From NCBI GenBank assembly GCA_900541925.1, contig UQMB01000002.1, positions 49,429 to 113,428 of the forward strand: DNA of 64,000 nucleotides, in the 5' to 3' direction. The notes beneath the pieces are model-generated. The model was given only the letters and a program-made list of their open reading frames with translations. It ran no database searches and was not told where the DNA came from. Numbering within the stretch: position 1 is the first letter of the stretch; each line of letters starts with the position of its first letter. The position numbers were made by a program, and so were the translations under genes. This stretch comes from an uncultured Bacteroidales bacterium (GTDB lineage: Bacteria > Bacteroidota > Bacteroidia > Bacteroidales > UBA932). This document shows, piece by piece, positions 19,612 through 30,137 of this stretch.

Positions 19612-21108
19612 ATGGACAAGACCAGAATCGACGCTCAGATAGAGCGCTTCCGCAAGGGTTTCCCTTGGCTCGACATCATCTCGCCGGCCACCCCTTCAAG
19701 GGGCATCGAGGTGCTGGGAGAGAAGGCCGCGGAAGAAGCGGCAGCCTATGCAGACACGGCACAGACGGACGGCAGGTGCAAGTTCGTGCCGGCATCCGGC
19801 GCGGCGTCCCGGATGTTCAAGGACATATTCGCCGGGATGGACGAGCCCAACGACGCCGTACGCCGCCTGTGCGACAACCTCGAGAAATTCGCGTTCTACA
19901 GCCCTGAAGTCTTCGGGACGGCCCCTTACGACCCGGCCACGACGGCCCGCAGGCTGCTCACCGACGAAGGCCTCGACTACGGCAGCAAGCCCAAGGGAGT
20001 GCTGAGCTTCCACCGCTACCCGAACGAAGTACGCACCGCTCTCGCAGAGCATCTCGTTGAAGGTCAGGCATACATGCGCAATGCTGACGGCAGCGTCAAC
20101 CTCACGGTGACCATCACTCCGGAGCACGAGCCCCTCTTCCGCGAGCTGCTGGAGCAGATCCGGCCGGAATACGAGAAGCGTTACGGGGTCAAGTACGACA
20201 TATCTTTCACATTCCAGGACAAGGCCACGGACACCATGGCGGTGGACATGGAGAACCACCCGTTCCTGAAGGAAGACGGTACCGTGCTCACCCGCCCGGC
20301 AGGACACGGGGCCCTCATCCACAACCTCAACAGCCTCAAGGCCGAGCTCGTGTCCATCAAGAACATAGACAACGTGTGCGTGGAGAGGATGCAGCCTGTC
20401 ACGGCCCACTGGAAGAAAGTGCTGATGGGCAGGGCCCTGCAGCTGCGCGACACCATCCGCGGCTACATCTTCGCCCTGGACCAGATGACCCGGATGCGCC
20501 GGGAGATGAGCGACTTCGCATACATTCCGGTCTACAACGTCAATCTCGACGACCCATACGCCACCCCTGAGTGCCAGGACCTGTGCAACGAGATAGAAGC
20601 CTTCCTCCGCGACACCCTCTGCATAGAGATGCCGGAGGCCAAAGACTGCCGCGACAGGGCGCAGGCCCTGCGCGACAAGCTCAACCGCCCGATAAGGTTG
20701 TGCGGGATGGTGCGCAACCAGGGCGAACCGGGCGGAGGCCCGTTCATCATCCGCGACAGCGACGGGGCCACCTCGCTCCAGATACTCGAAGCGGCCCAGA
20801 TCAACCCCGACGACCCGCGCTCGGCCCAGCTCCTGAAAGGCTCGACCCACTTCAACCCTGTGGACATCGTCTGCTGCCTGGAAGACCACGAAGGCGCTCA
20901 TTTCGACCTCACCAGACATGTGGACGAGGAGACCGGGCTCATCAGTCGCAAGAGCTGGCACGGACGCGAGCTCAAGGCGCTTGAACTCCCCGGACTCTGG
21001 AACGGCTCGATGTCAGACTGGAACACCCTCTTCGTGGAAGTGCCGCTCGAGACCTTCAATCCGGTGAAGACCGTGCTCGACCTGCTGCGGCCCGCACATC
21101 AGCAATAA
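19612..21108 (+). CDS. DUF4301-family protein
   Basis: 498 aa from ATG 19612. The listed 614-aa ORF begins inside pdxB in another frame. Conserved hypothetical in Bacteroidales. Confidence 0.6.
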   Translation: MDKTRIDAQIERFRKGFPWLDIISPATPSRGIEVLGEKAAEEAAAYADTAQTDGRCKFVPASGAASRMFKDIFAGMDEPNDAVRRLCDNLEKFAFYSPEVFGTAPYDPATTARRLLTDEGLDYGSKPKGVLSFHRYPNEVRTALAEHLVEGQAYMRNADGSVNLTVTITPEHEPLFRELLEQIRPEYEKRYGVKYDISFTFQDKATDTMAVDMENHPFLKEDGTVLTRPAGHGALIHNLNSLKAELVSIKNIDNVCVERMQPVTAHWKKVLMGRALQLRDTIRGYIFALDQMTRMRREMSDFAYIPVYNVNLDDPYATPECQDLCNEIEAFLRDTLCIEMPEAKDCRDRAQALRDKLNRPIRLCGMVRNQGEPGGGPFIIRDSDGATSLQILEAAQINPDDPRSAQLLKGSTHFNPVDIVCCLEDHEGAHFDLTRHVDEETGLISRKSWHGRELKALELPGLWNGSMSDWNTLFVEVPLETFNPVKTVLDLLRPAHQQ

Positions 21109-21202
21109 TATCTCGCGCTGCGCCGCATCGCAGTTCCAAAAAAATAAGTATCTTTGCGCCCGCGCACTCGCACATAGAAGAGAACGCGGGCGCTATAGAA
21201 TA

Positions 21203-21241
21203 TAGTAAGCGGCAAAAAATAAGTTGCCGCAGATTTGGCAA
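21203..21241 (+). promoter_or_regulatory. Conserved 39-bp upstream motif, copy A (TAGTAAGCGGCAAAAAATAAGTTGCCGCAGATTTGGCAA)
   Basis: Identical to the 39-mer at 38953..38991. Contains the hairpin GCGGCAA-N8-TTGCCGC followed by TTTGGCAA. Ends 29 bp upstream of the mmdA ATG. Confidence 0.6.
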
Positions 21242-21269
21242 GCTATTTTTTAACGATTACATAGTTAGT

Positions 21270-22832
21270 ATGAGCATACAAGAAGAAAAAATCGCAGAGC
21301 TCGTCGAAAGACGCGCCTCGGCCGCTCTCGGAGGAGGGCAGAAGCGCATTGACGCACAGCACGCCAAAGGAAAGCTGACAGCGAGGGAAAGACTCGCCCG
21401 GCTCCTTGACCCTGGCAGTTTCGAGGAGTTCGATATGTTCGTGCAGCACCGCTGCACGGATTTCGGAATGGACGCCACCCATATAGACGGTGACGGAGTC
21501 GTGACGGGACAGGGCACGATAGACGGCAGGCTCGTCTTCGTATTCGCCCAGGATTTCACCGTCAACGGCGGCTCGCTCTCCAAGACAATGTCAGAGAAGA
21601 TCTGCAAGGTGATGGACATGGCAGTCCGTGTCGGAGCCCCTGTAATCGGACTCAACGACTCCGGCGGAGCACGCATCCAGGAAGGCATCGACGCCCTCGC
21701 CGGCTACGGTGAGATTTTCGAGAGGAACATCCTCGCCAGCGGCGTCGTACCGCAGATCAGCGGCATCTTCGGACCTTGCGCCGGAGGAGCCGTCTACTCC
21801 CCTGCCCTGACGGACTTCACCCTCATGGTGGAGAACACATCTTATATGTTCCTCACCGGCCCGTCCGTAGTGAAGTCGGTGACCGGAGAGACAGTGGACC
21901 AGGAGCAGCTCGGAGGAGCCTCCGTACACGCCACCAAGTCAGGCGTGGCGCACTTCTGCGCGGCATCCGAGGAGGAAGGCATCGCTGACATCCGCCGCCT
22001 GCTCTCATTCATCCCTCAGAACAACATGGAGAAGGCGCCTGTACGCCCGACTTCAGATCCGGCCGGAAGGGTCGATGACGCGCTCAACAGCATCATCCCT
22101 GACAACCCCAACAAGGCATACGACATGTACGGCGTCATCGGCAGCATCGTCGACGACGGCGACTTCTTCGAGGTCCACAAGGACTTCGCCAAGAACATCA
22201 TCACCGGCTTCGCCCACATGGGCGGCAGGAGCGTCGGCATCGTGGCCAACCAGCCGCGCGTGCTCGCGGGTGTGCTCGACATCAACGCTTCCCGCAAGGC
22301 GGCACGCTTCGTCCGCTTCTGCGACGCGTTCAACATCCCGCTCGTGACCCTGGTGGACGTGCCCGGATTCCTCTGCGGAACCCAGCAGGAGTACGGCGCC
22401 ATCATCACCAACGGGGCCAAACTCCTCTACGCCTACGGAGAAGCCACGGTACCTAAGGTCACCGTGACCCTGCGCAAGAGCTACGGCGGCGCACACATCG
22501 TGATGAGCTGCAAGCAGATGCGTGGAGACATCAACTACGCCTGGCCGTCGGCCAACTATGCCGTGATGGGCGCCGAGGGCGCAGTCGGCATCATCTATGG
22601 CAAGGAACTCAAGGCCGAGACCGACCCGCAGAAGCAGGCCGCGCTCGCCGAAGAGAAGAAGAAAGAATACAACGACCTCTTCTGCAACCCTTATCAGGCG
22701 GCGCAGAGAGGATATATCGAGGATGTGATCGAGCCGCGCAACACCAGGTTCCGCGTGATCCGCGCCCTGGAGGTGCTCGACGGCAAGCATCAGGAAATTC
22801 CAGCCAAGAAGCATGACAACCTCCCTCTTTAG
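21270..22832 (+). CDS. mmdA: Methylmalonyl-CoA decarboxylase alpha subunit / acyl-CoA carboxyltransferase
   Basis: 520 aa carboxyltransferase fold. First gene of a 4-gene operon with OadG-like, biotin-carrier and Na+-pump beta subunits. Confidence 0.88.
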   Translation: MSIQEEKIAELVERRASAALGGGQKRIDAQHAKGKLTARERLARLLDPGSFEEFDMFVQHRCTDFGMDATHIDGDGVVTGQGTIDGRLVFVFAQDFTVNGGSLSKTMSEKICKVMDMAVRVGAPVIGLNDSGGARIQEGIDALAGYGEIFERNILASGVVPQISGIFGPCAGGAVYSPALTDFTLMVENTSYMFLTGPSVVKSVTGETVDQEQLGGASVHATKSGVAHFCAASEEEGIADIRRLLSFIPQNNMEKAPVRPTSDPAGRVDDALNSIIPDNPNKAYDMYGVIGSIVDDGDFFEVHKDFAKNIITGFAHMGGRSVGIVANQPRVLAGVLDINASRKAARFVRFCDAFNIPLVTLVDVPGFLCGTQQEYGAIITNGAKLLYAYGEATVPKVTVTLRKSYGGAHIVMSCKQMRGDINYAWPSANYAVMGAEGAVGIIYGKELKAETDPQKQAALAEEKKKEYNDLFCNPYQAAQRGYIEDVIEPRNTRFRVIRALEVLDGKHQEIPAKKHDNLPL

Positions 22833-23223
22833 TATCCTCACGGCCGGCTCCGACAGGATGCTGCAGACCGACCCTCACGGGTGGACGCTCACTATCATCA
22901 GCGTGGGCGTGGTGTTCATCGCGCTGGTCATCCTGTACTTCATCTACAACTTCTCCGGCTCGATATTCTCCGGGAAGATAAGCTTCAAGCGCAAGCCGAA
23001 GGCCCCTAAAGGCGCCCCGGATGCGGATGTGGCCGCGGCCATAGCCCTCGCGCTCCAGGCCGAATGCGGCTCCGACGACGAGATCGCAGCGGTGACGGCC
23101 CTCTATCTCTATCTCAACGACAATGTCCACGATGTGGAGAGCGGCGTGATCACCATAAGGCACAATGCCGCCTCCGCCTGGAACGGGGCACAGTTCAACT
23201 TCAGAAAACAAATCAGGAAATGA
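22813..23223 (+). CDS. OadG-family small membrane subunit (decarboxylase delta/gamma subunit)
   Basis: 136 aa with a single TM helix ([18 protein letters not shown]) and an Ala-rich linker. Confidence 0.7.
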   Translation: MTTSLFSILTAGSDRMLQTDPHGWTLTIISVGVVFIALVILYFIYNFSGSIFSGKISFKRKPKAPKGAPDADVAAAIALALQAECGSDDEIAAVTALYLYLNDNVHDVESGVITIRHNAASAWNGAQFNFRKQIRK

Positions 23224-23651
23224 AAGAATACAAATTCAAGATCAACGGCAAAGAATACAATGTAGCCGTCAATGGCGTGGAAGGCAACAACGCCAGCGTC
23301 ACAGTCAATGGTGTCTCCTACAATGTGGAGATGGAAGGCGGAGCCCCGGCAGTACAGGCGGCTCCGGTGCAGGGCGCAGCCCCTGTCGCAGCTGCGGCAC
23401 CCCAGGCGAGCGCTCCGGCAGCACCCAAGTCAGGCGCCGGCAAGGACATCGTCTCCCCTCTTCCGGGCGTGATCATCAGCATCGACGTCAAGGAGGGCCA
23501 GGCCGTGAAGCGCGGAGAGAAAGTCGCCGTGATCGAGGCGATGAAGATGGAGAACGAAATCCTCTCCGAGTGCGACGGCACAGTCACGGCCATTCATGTC
23601 TCCAAGGGTGATTCAGTGCTTGAGGACGCCAAAATAGTGACGATAGGCTGA
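23220..23651 (+). CDS. mmdC: Biotin carboxyl-carrier subunit
   Basis: Start reassigned to ATG at 23220 ([10 protein letters not shown]...). Ala/Pro-rich linker and the biotinyl-lysine motif EAMKMENEI. Confidence 0.85.
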   Translation: MKEYKFKINGKEYNVAVNGVEGNNASVTVNGVSYNVEMEGGAPAVQAAPVQGAAPVAAAAPQASAPAAPKSGAGKDIVSPLPGVIISIDVKEGQAVKRGEKVAVIEAMKMENEILSECDGTVTAIHVSKGDSVLEDAKIVTIG

Positions 23652-24793
23652 TGGAGAACGTCATTGACAGCCTGCAGCAGTTCTGGGAGTTCACGGGATT
23701 CGCCAACTGCACCTGGCAGCATCTGGTGATGATCCTGATAGGTCTCGTGTTCATCACCCTCGGCATAGTCAAAAAATGGGAGCCTCTCCTGCTCGTCCCT
23801 ATCGGCTTCGGAATGATCATCGGCAACATCCCTCTTCCCATGGGGATGAATGTCAGCATCTACGAGGAGGGTTCGGTGCTCAACATCCTCTATCAGGGTG
23901 TACGGCAGGGATGGTACCCGCCGCTGATTTTCCTCGGCATCGGAGCGATGACGGACTTCTCGGCCCTCATCTCCCAGCCGAGACTGATATTGATCGGCGC
24001 AGCGGCCCAGCTCGGAATTTTCGGCGCATACCTCCTGGCCCTCGTCTTCGGCTTCGCTCCTAACGAGGCCGGCGCCATAGGCATCATCGGAGGCGCGGAC
24101 GGCCCTACGGCCATCTTCCTGAGCTCCAAGCTCGCTCCGGAACTGATGGGAGCCATCGCCGTGTCCGCATACTCATACATGGCGCTCGTCCCTGTGATCC
24201 AGAAGCCTATAATGCTTCTCCTCACCACCAAGAAAGAGCGTCTCATCAGGATGAACAAGCCTCGTGTCGTGAGCCAGAGGGAGAAAATCATCTTCCCTAT
24301 CATCGGCTTCATCTGCACTGCCTTCATCGTGCCTTCAGGACTTCCGCTCCTCGGCATGCTCTTCTTCGGCAACCTGCTCAAGGAGAGCGGAGTGACCAAG
24401 AGGCTCGCGACCACGGCCAGCGGACCGCTCATCGATGTCGTGACCACGCTCATCGGCGTCACCGTCGGAGCGTCAACCCAGGCGGACGTGTTCCTGACCG
24501 GCAAATCTGTCAAGATCTTCGCCCTCGGTCTCATCTCGTTCGTGATCGCCACCACCGGAGGCGTCTGCTTCGCGAAGCTCATGAACCTCTTCCTGCCGGA
24601 AGGCAAGAAGATCAACCCTCTCATCGGCAACGCCGGCGTGTCAGCCGTACCTGACGCAGCCAGAGTATCCGAAGTCGTCGGCCTCGAGGCTGACCCGTCC
24701 AACCACTTGCTCACCCATGCCATGGCCCCTAATGTGGCCGGCGTGATCGGTTCAGCCGTGGCCGCAGGTATCCTGCTCGGCTTCCTCGGATAG
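23651..24793 (+). CDS. mmdB: Na+-translocating decarboxylase beta subunit
   Basis: 380 aa polytopic membrane protein of the OadB/MmdB family; the start overlaps the mmdC stop. Confidence 0.88.
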   Translation: MENVIDSLQQFWEFTGFANCTWQHLVMILIGLVFITLGIVKKWEPLLLVPIGFGMIIGNIPLPMGMNVSIYEEGSVLNILYQGVRQGWYPPLIFLGIGAMTDFSALISQPRLILIGAAAQLGIFGAYLLALVFGFAPNEAGAIGIIGGADGPTAIFLSSKLAPELMGAIAVSAYSYMALVPVIQKPIMLLLTTKKERLIRMNKPRVVSQREKIIFPIIGFICTAFIVPSGLPLLGMLFFGNLLKESGVTKRLATTASGPLIDVVTTLIGVTVGASTQADVFLTGKSVKIFALGLISFVIATTGGVCFAKLMNLFLPEGKKINPLIGNAGVSAVPDAARVSEVVGLEADPSNHLLTHAMAPNVAGVIGSAVAAGILLGFLG

Positions 24794-24806
24794 CTCCGCT
24801 CGACTC

Positions 24807-25970
24807 ATGCTTGACGTCCATACAGCCACATACCTCATAAACGGCGGCACCAGCCTGACTCTTGGCGTACTGCTGCTTACGCTCAAGCCTTTTCAGGGCA
24901 CGGAGAGCAAACTCTATCGGACCATCAAGCAATACCTTGCATATACAGCATTCATCGACGTCCTCATAGACGCGGTGATGCTGTATGTGATTTTCAGGGG
25001 GATAGGCAACGGATTCCAGAACTCTTTCGCATTGCCGGCCGCCTACTGGTGTCAGGTTTTCTTCTTGACATCCGCAACCTTGATGCTCCTCCATGAACAC
25101 ACCGCATACAGGCGCTTCCTCAGATGGGGGACATATCCGCTTGGCGTGCTGATGCTGCTCTTCTTGGGAGGATTCGTGGCGTTCCTGGCAGGACACGGCG
25201 GCACACCGGACCCGTTCACGCACTACTGCCGCACCGGCTGGTATGCCGCACTGACCATAGCCGCGCATATCCTTCTGCTTCTTGCGATACTCGGCAGTTT
25301 CGTCCTGATCGCGATGGCTGCAAGGCGGTTCTCGCTCAATGTCGTCAACTTCTTCTCCGGGGATGATGCGGTGAAGATCGGCCGAGCCAGACAGTTCTTC
25401 ACGATATACGGCGCCTACATCATCGTCACCACCTTGAACATGTTTCTCTTCTGCGAGACGCTCAGCATAGTGTGCATAAACCTGCGCGCCGTTTTGAAAC
25501 TGCTGAATGTCATCATGGTGTTCAACATGGAACCGCTTCTTATGAGCACCGGACAGAAAATGGCCGGCTTTGATGTTGCCGAAGAAGCAGAAGCAGAAAA
25601 GGAGGCGCCGCTCCGCGCGGAAATGGTAGAAAGCGCGATGAAGAGGTGGCTGAACTCCAAAGACAAACCATATCTCAAAGAGGGACTCGCCCTCTCCGAC
25701 GTGGCGGACCAGATGGGGATAAGCGGCCCCCAGCTCTCATACTACCTCAACCACTATCTCGGAGTCAACTTCAACTCGTGGATTAACCGGCTCCGTATCG
25801 GGGAGGCCAAACGCCTGATGGAGGCAAACCCACAGATGCAGATTTCCGATGTCGCCTCCGCTGTCGGCTACTCCGAAATCGCAGTCTTCTCCCGCAATTT
25901 CAAGAAGGCCGAAGGAATCACGGCCACCGAGTACAGGAAGCGCTGCGCTCCGGAAGTCGAGATTCAGTAA
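24807..25970 (+). CDS. AraC-family transcriptional regulator with N-terminal multi-TM sensor domain
   Basis: 387 aa: about six TM helices followed by a C-terminal AraC HTH (LSDVADQMGISGPQLSYYLNHYLGVNFNSWINRLRIGEAKRLM). Confidence 0.8.
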   Translation: MLDVHTATYLINGGTSLTLGVLLLTLKPFQGTESKLYRTIKQYLAYTAFIDVLIDAVMLYVIFRGIGNGFQNSFALPAAYWCQVFFLTSATLMLLHEHTAYRRFLRWGTYPLGVLMLLFLGGFVAFLAGHGGTPDPFTHYCRTGWYAALTIAAHILLLLAILGSFVLIAMAARRFSLNVVNFFSGDDAVKIGRARQFFTIYGAYIIVTTLNMFLFCETLSIVCINLRAVLKLLNVIMVFNMEPLLMSTGQKMAGFDVAEEAEAEKEAPLRAEMVESAMKRWLNSKDKPYLKEGLALSDVADQMGISGPQLSYYLNHYLGVNFNSWINRLRIGEAKRLMEANPQMQISDVASAVGYSEIAVFSRNFKKAEGITATEYRKRCAPEVEIQ

Positions 25971-26291
25971 TCTTATAGCCCCTTTCTGCGTCTACTGGGC
26001 GGCGGGGCTGTGGCCTGCTGGGTGATGTGGGCTGCTGGGTGATGTGGCGACGTGTGCGTGGCGATGGCGGACATCCGTGGAACATCCTCCGGCGCGTGGA
26101 ACATCACCGTGCGCACCAGGGCCGTTTCCACTCACCGCGCCGGTTTTCGGAAACCCGCGTGCGCAAAAAGGGGGCTGGTGCGCACGGCGAATCAACCAGA
26201 ATCAGGAAAACTCAACCCTTTTCAGGCAAATGCCGCCGACCGCCGGTTTTTGCCGCTTACCCATGAAGTAAACTGGAAATATTCTATTTTA

Positions 26292-26302
26292 CCCCCCCCC
26301 CC
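26292..26302 (+). repeat. Homopolymeric poly(C)11 tract upstream of the fimbrial locus
   Basis: Eleven consecutive C residues about 140 bp upstream of the fimbrillin ATG (26442), in a GC-rich intergenic region. Confidence 0.9.
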
Positions 26303-26441
26303 ATTTGACCAAATAATAGAGAAATAATCAAACAAAATGTCCGAAAAAACGACCAAATTTGCGCGTTGGGGTGATTCAGACCAGATGATTCCCGCAAGCT
26401 ATAACGAACACTTAAATTTGAAATTAAAATATTTTAGCCAG

Positions 26442-27632
26442 ATGAAAAAAGTTTTGACAGCCGCAATATTGGCGGTAACAACCTGCGCTTTTGTCGGCTG
26501 CACGAAGAACGAGGTGAGATCCATCAGCGACAACCCTCAGGCAGTCCGTTTCCTCCCGCTTAACGGCAAACACTCCACCAAGGACATGGTCGACGGCAAT
26601 ACCTATCCTAAAGATCTCCCGTTCGGCACGCTCGCATACTACCTTCCAAGCGGAAACTGGAACGCCAACATGGCGGATGCCACTCTCTACATCCCTATAA
26701 GCAAGGTGGTGAACAAATCCGGCGCGGCCAGCGGCAACGCATGGGAAGTTGAAGGGAAGGAATACTATTGGCCGAAGAGCGGCACACTCACCTTCTTCGC
26801 CTATAGCCCGTTCTCCTATCAAGAGGCTGGCGGAGGCGATCTCAATATTGAGAGCCTCTCAGGCAATGACGGTATACAGATAGTGGACTATGATGTGGAT
26901 GCGCATCAGGACACCGACTTCATGGTGGCTGACATTGCCAAGGACAAGACAGCGAACGAGTCGAACGGCGGATACACCGGTGTCCCTATTGTATTCCGTC
27001 ACAAGCTTTCGCAGATAGTCGGCATCAACTTCCAGACCGTCATCACCAACACCGAAGGCAATCTCGTGGAGCATGATTACTCGTACGGACGCAGCACCAA
27101 CGGACCCCTGCAAGCAGGCGACATAGTGTTCAAACTCAAGAAAGTGGAGGTCAGAAACCTCTATACAAAGGGCACTTACGGATACACAACCACAGATGCA
27201 GATCCTGTAGCAGAGCATTGGAGTCCTCTGTCCAACAAAAATCCCTACACCTGGTTCAATAAAGCCCCTGAGGCATTTGTCGACAACACCAAGTTCAACC
27301 TGACATACAAGACCCAAGATGACACCCGCAACAAGTATCTCCTCGTCCTGCCTCAGCCTCTTATCACCCCCGGCACCACAACTCCTAAAACAACGGATCC
27401 GCTCATCCACATCGAATACCAGGTGCTGACCTACAGCGACGCTACCCACCACTCCACCGAGAATGTATCTGAGGATGTTTATCTGTATAACATCCATGGC
27501 AGCGCCAACGCAATCGATATGAACAAGAAGATAACCTACAACTTCAAGATCAATCTCGAGAACCGCAAGATCTACTGGGCTCCGTCCGTTGTGGACTGGG
27601 GAAGCGTAACTTACGACAACATCATCAAATAG
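26442..27632 (+). CDS. Fimbrillin-family (type V pilin, FimA/Mfa-like) lipoprotein
   Basis: Start reassigned to ATG 26442 (MKKVLTAAILAVTTCAFVGC, a lipobox); a TAaaTTTG -7 box sits at 26413..26420. Conserved fimbrillin motifs (FFAYSPF, DFMVADIAKD, VPIVFRHKLSQI, C-terminal DWGSV). Confidence 0.8.
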   Translation: MKKVLTAAILAVTTCAFVGCTKNEVRSISDNPQAVRFLPLNGKHSTKDMVDGNTYPKDLPFGTLAYYLPSGNWNANMADATLYIPISKVVNKSGAASGNAWEVEGKEYYWPKSGTLTFFAYSPFSYQEAGGGDLNIESLSGNDGIQIVDYDVDAHQDTDFMVADIAKDKTANESNGGYTGVPIVFRHKLSQIVGINFQTVITNTEGNLVEHDYSYGRSTNGPLQAGDIVFKLKKVEVRNLYTKGTYGYTTTDADPVAEHWSPLSNKNPYTWFNKAPEAFVDNTKFNLTYKTQDDTRNKYLLVLPQPLITPGTTTPKTTDPLIHIEYQVLTYSDATHHSTENVSEDVYLYNIHGSANAIDMNKKITYNFKINLENRKIYWAPSVVDWGSVTYDNIIK

Positions 27633-27652
27633 GCAGCCACAGACAGCGCTTG

Positions 27653-27816
27653 GAAGTTGTTTTGAATTTATTTGTCATAAATTTTATGAAGATTTTTCTG
27701 TCAGAGTTTTTTCTGGATTTTGAGAAAGATAGTAGAACTATCTGACCGAAAAAGCCAGGAAAAAATATGGCGAAAAAGCAAGTAAAAGAATTTTCAACAT
27801 AAATCAAAACAACTTC
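27653..27816 (+). mobile_element. MITE copy 2
   Basis: 164 bp, about 98% identical to copy 1, same orientation. Flanks are TTG/TTA. Lies between the first fimbrillin gene and the DUF3575-like gene. Confidence 0.85.
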
Positions 27817-27855
27817 TTAGTATCAGGGCGGGTGAAACTGCCCTGATGCACCAAG

Positions 27856-29091
27856 ATGGGAAGATTCGCAACAATGACAATCGTCGCCACAGCCGTGGCG
27901 GGCCTGCTTTTCCTCTCCCCTGCCAAGGCGCAGGATGATAGAGGAAGAGCAGCCGGATTCTCTGTTGACTTCCGCTGGGACAGGGCCGTGCTCGACCCCG
28001 CCTACAAGAACACCGGCGAAAGGCTGCGCGCCCTTGCAGACTCCATCGCATCCATAGGTATAGGGAGCATCGACAGCCTCAGCGTGCTGTCGTTCTCCTC
28101 ACCTGAAGGCAACTACACCTACAACCTCAGGCTCGCTGAGAGGCGTGCGGCCGCAATCGGAGGCTACCTGCGGAGCAACTGGCCGGATCTCGACGGCAGG
28201 CTGCGCGTCAGTGGCGGCGGAGAGTCCTGGCAGCTCCTCCGGGAGCGGGTGCTCAGCAGCACCTCCCTAAGCGAGACACAGAAGCGCAATCTGCTCTCCA
28301 TCATAGACTCCCCCGTATCAGCCGAGCAGAAAAAGGCCCTCATCCACACCTACGATCCGGCTCTCTGGAACCGGCTCGTCCGCCACTGGTTCCCAGATAT
28401 GAGGCGCACGTTCATCCGCCTCAACTGGACGGAGCCGCGCCCGGAGTTCCCTTCCGTTCCCGCGCTCTCCGCATGTCTGCCTGACGTGACCCTCACATCT
28501 CCGGGAAGCGACATCATCCCGTCCTCCCGCGAATCCTACGGCTACCGTACAATTCTCGCGCTCAAGACCAACCTGCTCTACGACCTTGTCACAGCCCTCA
28601 ACTTCGAACTTGAGGTGCCGCTCGGGGACAAGTTCTCCCTGGCTGTCGAAGATGTTTTCCCTTGGTGGAACTGGGGCCCTAACGGACGGAAGTACTGCTT
28701 CCAGATGTGGGAAATCGGGGTTGAACCGAGATGGTGGTTCGCCAAGAGCCCGGAGCGCGACCGTCTCTCCGGACACTTCCTCGGACTCTACGCGATGTCC
28801 GCCAAATACGACTTCCAGTGGGACACCAAGTTCTGCTGGCAGGGAGAATACTGGTCTACGGGACTCACCTACGGCTACTCCATGCCTCTCGGCGAGGTCT
28901 GCAACCTGGAACTCTCCGCCTCGCTCGGATTTCTGCGCAGCGACTGGAGGCACTATCAGCCCGACGAAAACTACGAGCACCTCTACCGTGACCCGTTCCG
29001 CACCGGCGTATTCTCATGGTTCGGCCCGACGAAGCTCAAGGTCTCGCTCGTCGTACCTATACAGGTAAAATACAGGAGGAACGCGAGATGA
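27856..29091 (+). CDS. DUF3575/DUF3868-like outer-membrane protein of fimbrial operons
   Basis: 411 aa with a signal peptide, an OmpA-like segment (AERRAAAIGGYL) and an aromatic-rich beta-barrel-like C-terminus. Family assignment is from memory of Bacteroides fimbrial-operon architecture. Confidence 0.55.
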   Translation: MGRFATMTIVATAVAGLLFLSPAKAQDDRGRAAGFSVDFRWDRAVLDPAYKNTGERLRALADSIASIGIGSIDSLSVLSFSSPEGNYTYNLRLAERRAAAIGGYLRSNWPDLDGRLRVSGGGESWQLLRERVLSSTSLSETQKRNLLSIIDSPVSAEQKKALIHTYDPALWNRLVRHWFPDMRRTFIRLNWTEPRPEFPSVPALSACLPDVTLTSPGSDIIPSSRESYGYRTILALKTNLLYDLVTALNFELEVPLGDKFSLAVEDVFPWWNWGPNGRKYCFQMWEIGVEPRWWFAKSPERDRLSGHFLGLYAMSAKYDFQWDTKFCWQGEYWSTGLTYGYSMPLGEVCNLELSASLGFLRSDWRHYQPDENYEHLYRDPFRTGVFSWFGPTKLKVSLVVPIQVKYRRNAR

Positions 29092-30119
29092 GACTGTCCG
29101 GCACCACATATAGGCTCATCGGCAGGGCTGCGCTCTCCGCCATCCTCGTCTCGGCAGTCCTGACAAGCTGCGAGCGGCGGCCGCTGGACGACCCGGACTT
29201 CAACACCAGTATCAATGTCAAGGTGAGCGTCGAGGCCATCTCCAATGTCACCTGCGACATCTACAACGACAAGATACCCGTCCCGAAGATAGACCCGGAC
29301 ATGATGCATGTGCTCTTCTTTGAGGAGACTGGCGACGCTCTCGCGACCGAGGCCTATATCAGCACCAAGTCGACCGACTCCGACGGGAACACTGTCTTCA
29401 GCGGCAAACTCAGCATCGCCCCGGGGACATACAGGATGTACATCTACAACTTCGGCACGGAGAACACCCTCATCCGCAACACCTACAACTGGGAAAGCGC
29501 CGAGGCCTACGCCGCCAATGTCCCGGACAGGATATCCAGAAGCTACCAGACCAAGGTGCCGGCAGAGGAATCCATCACATACTCTCCGGATCATCTCGTG
29601 GTGGCGAGAAGCCCTCGGGAGGTAATCCCGTATCATTCGGGGATATACACCGTCAAGGCGGAGTCGCGTTCGGTGGTGGAGAGTTACTATCTGCAGATCA
29701 AGGTGGACGGTATCGAATATGTCTCCGGTGCGAGGGCGGTGCTCTCGGGGATGTCCGGCGGCAACCGCATAGCCCTCGGCGAGCGCATGGACGATCCGCG
29801 CACTTCCGTCTACTTCCCTCTGGTCAAGAGCGACGACAAGGGCGTGCCTGTCATCTGCTGCATCTTCAACACCTTCGGTCGCCCGAACGACTCGCACAAC
29901 TCACTTGAGGTCACGTTCGACATAGTGACGAAGGCAGGCGAATCCGTCCAGAAGACCTTCGACATCTCCGAGCTCTTCCGCAGCGAAGACTGCATCAAGC
30001 ATCACTGGCTGCTGCTCGACGAGACCATCAAAATCGATCCGCCGAAGACGCCCGACCAGGGCGGATTCAACCCGTCCGTAGATGACTGGGAGAACGAGAA
30101 CCACGATATAATATTATAA
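29088..30119 (+). CDS. Lipoprotein, putative fimbrial anchor/accessory subunit (Mfa2/FimB-like or DUF5119-like)
   Basis: Start ATG 29088 (overlaps the upstream stop, preceded by AGGAGGA). Lipobox LTSC; 343 aa. Position and size match anchor subunits of type V pilus operons. Confidence 0.45.
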   Translation: MRLSGTTYRLIGRAALSAILVSAVLTSCERRPLDDPDFNTSINVKVSVEAISNVTCDIYNDKIPVPKIDPDMMHVLFFEETGDALATEAYISTKSTDSDGNTVFSGKLSIAPGTYRMYIYNFGTENTLIRNTYNWESAEAYAANVPDRISRSYQTKVPAEESITYSPDHLVVARSPREVIPYHSGIYTVKAESRSVVESYYLQIKVDGIEYVSGARAVLSGMSGGNRIALGERMDDPRTSVYFPLVKSDDKGVPVICCIFNTFGRPNDSHNSLEVTFDIVTKAGESVQKTFDISELFRSEDCIKHHWLLLDETIKIDPPKTPDQGGFNPSVDDWENENHDIIL

Positions 30120-30137
30120 AATCAAAAATACCAATTT

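Noticed and set aside
25980-26330. Invertible-promoter (fimbrial shufflon-type) inverted repeats upstream of the fimbrial locus
   Set aside because: I looked for flanking inverted repeats bracketing the promoter. Only direct repeats (GACCAAAT x2, an 18-bp tandem) and the poly-C tract are present locally. The inverted partner of 26076..26142 is 34 kb away, which is not a local invertible segment.
27625-27807. 60-aa ORF inside MITE copy 2
   Set aside because: It lies wholly within the repeat. The equivalent frame in copy 1 is occupied by the ABC gene tail and copy 3 is inserted in another gene. The peptide is Phe/Lys-rich and low complexity, so it is probably non-coding.
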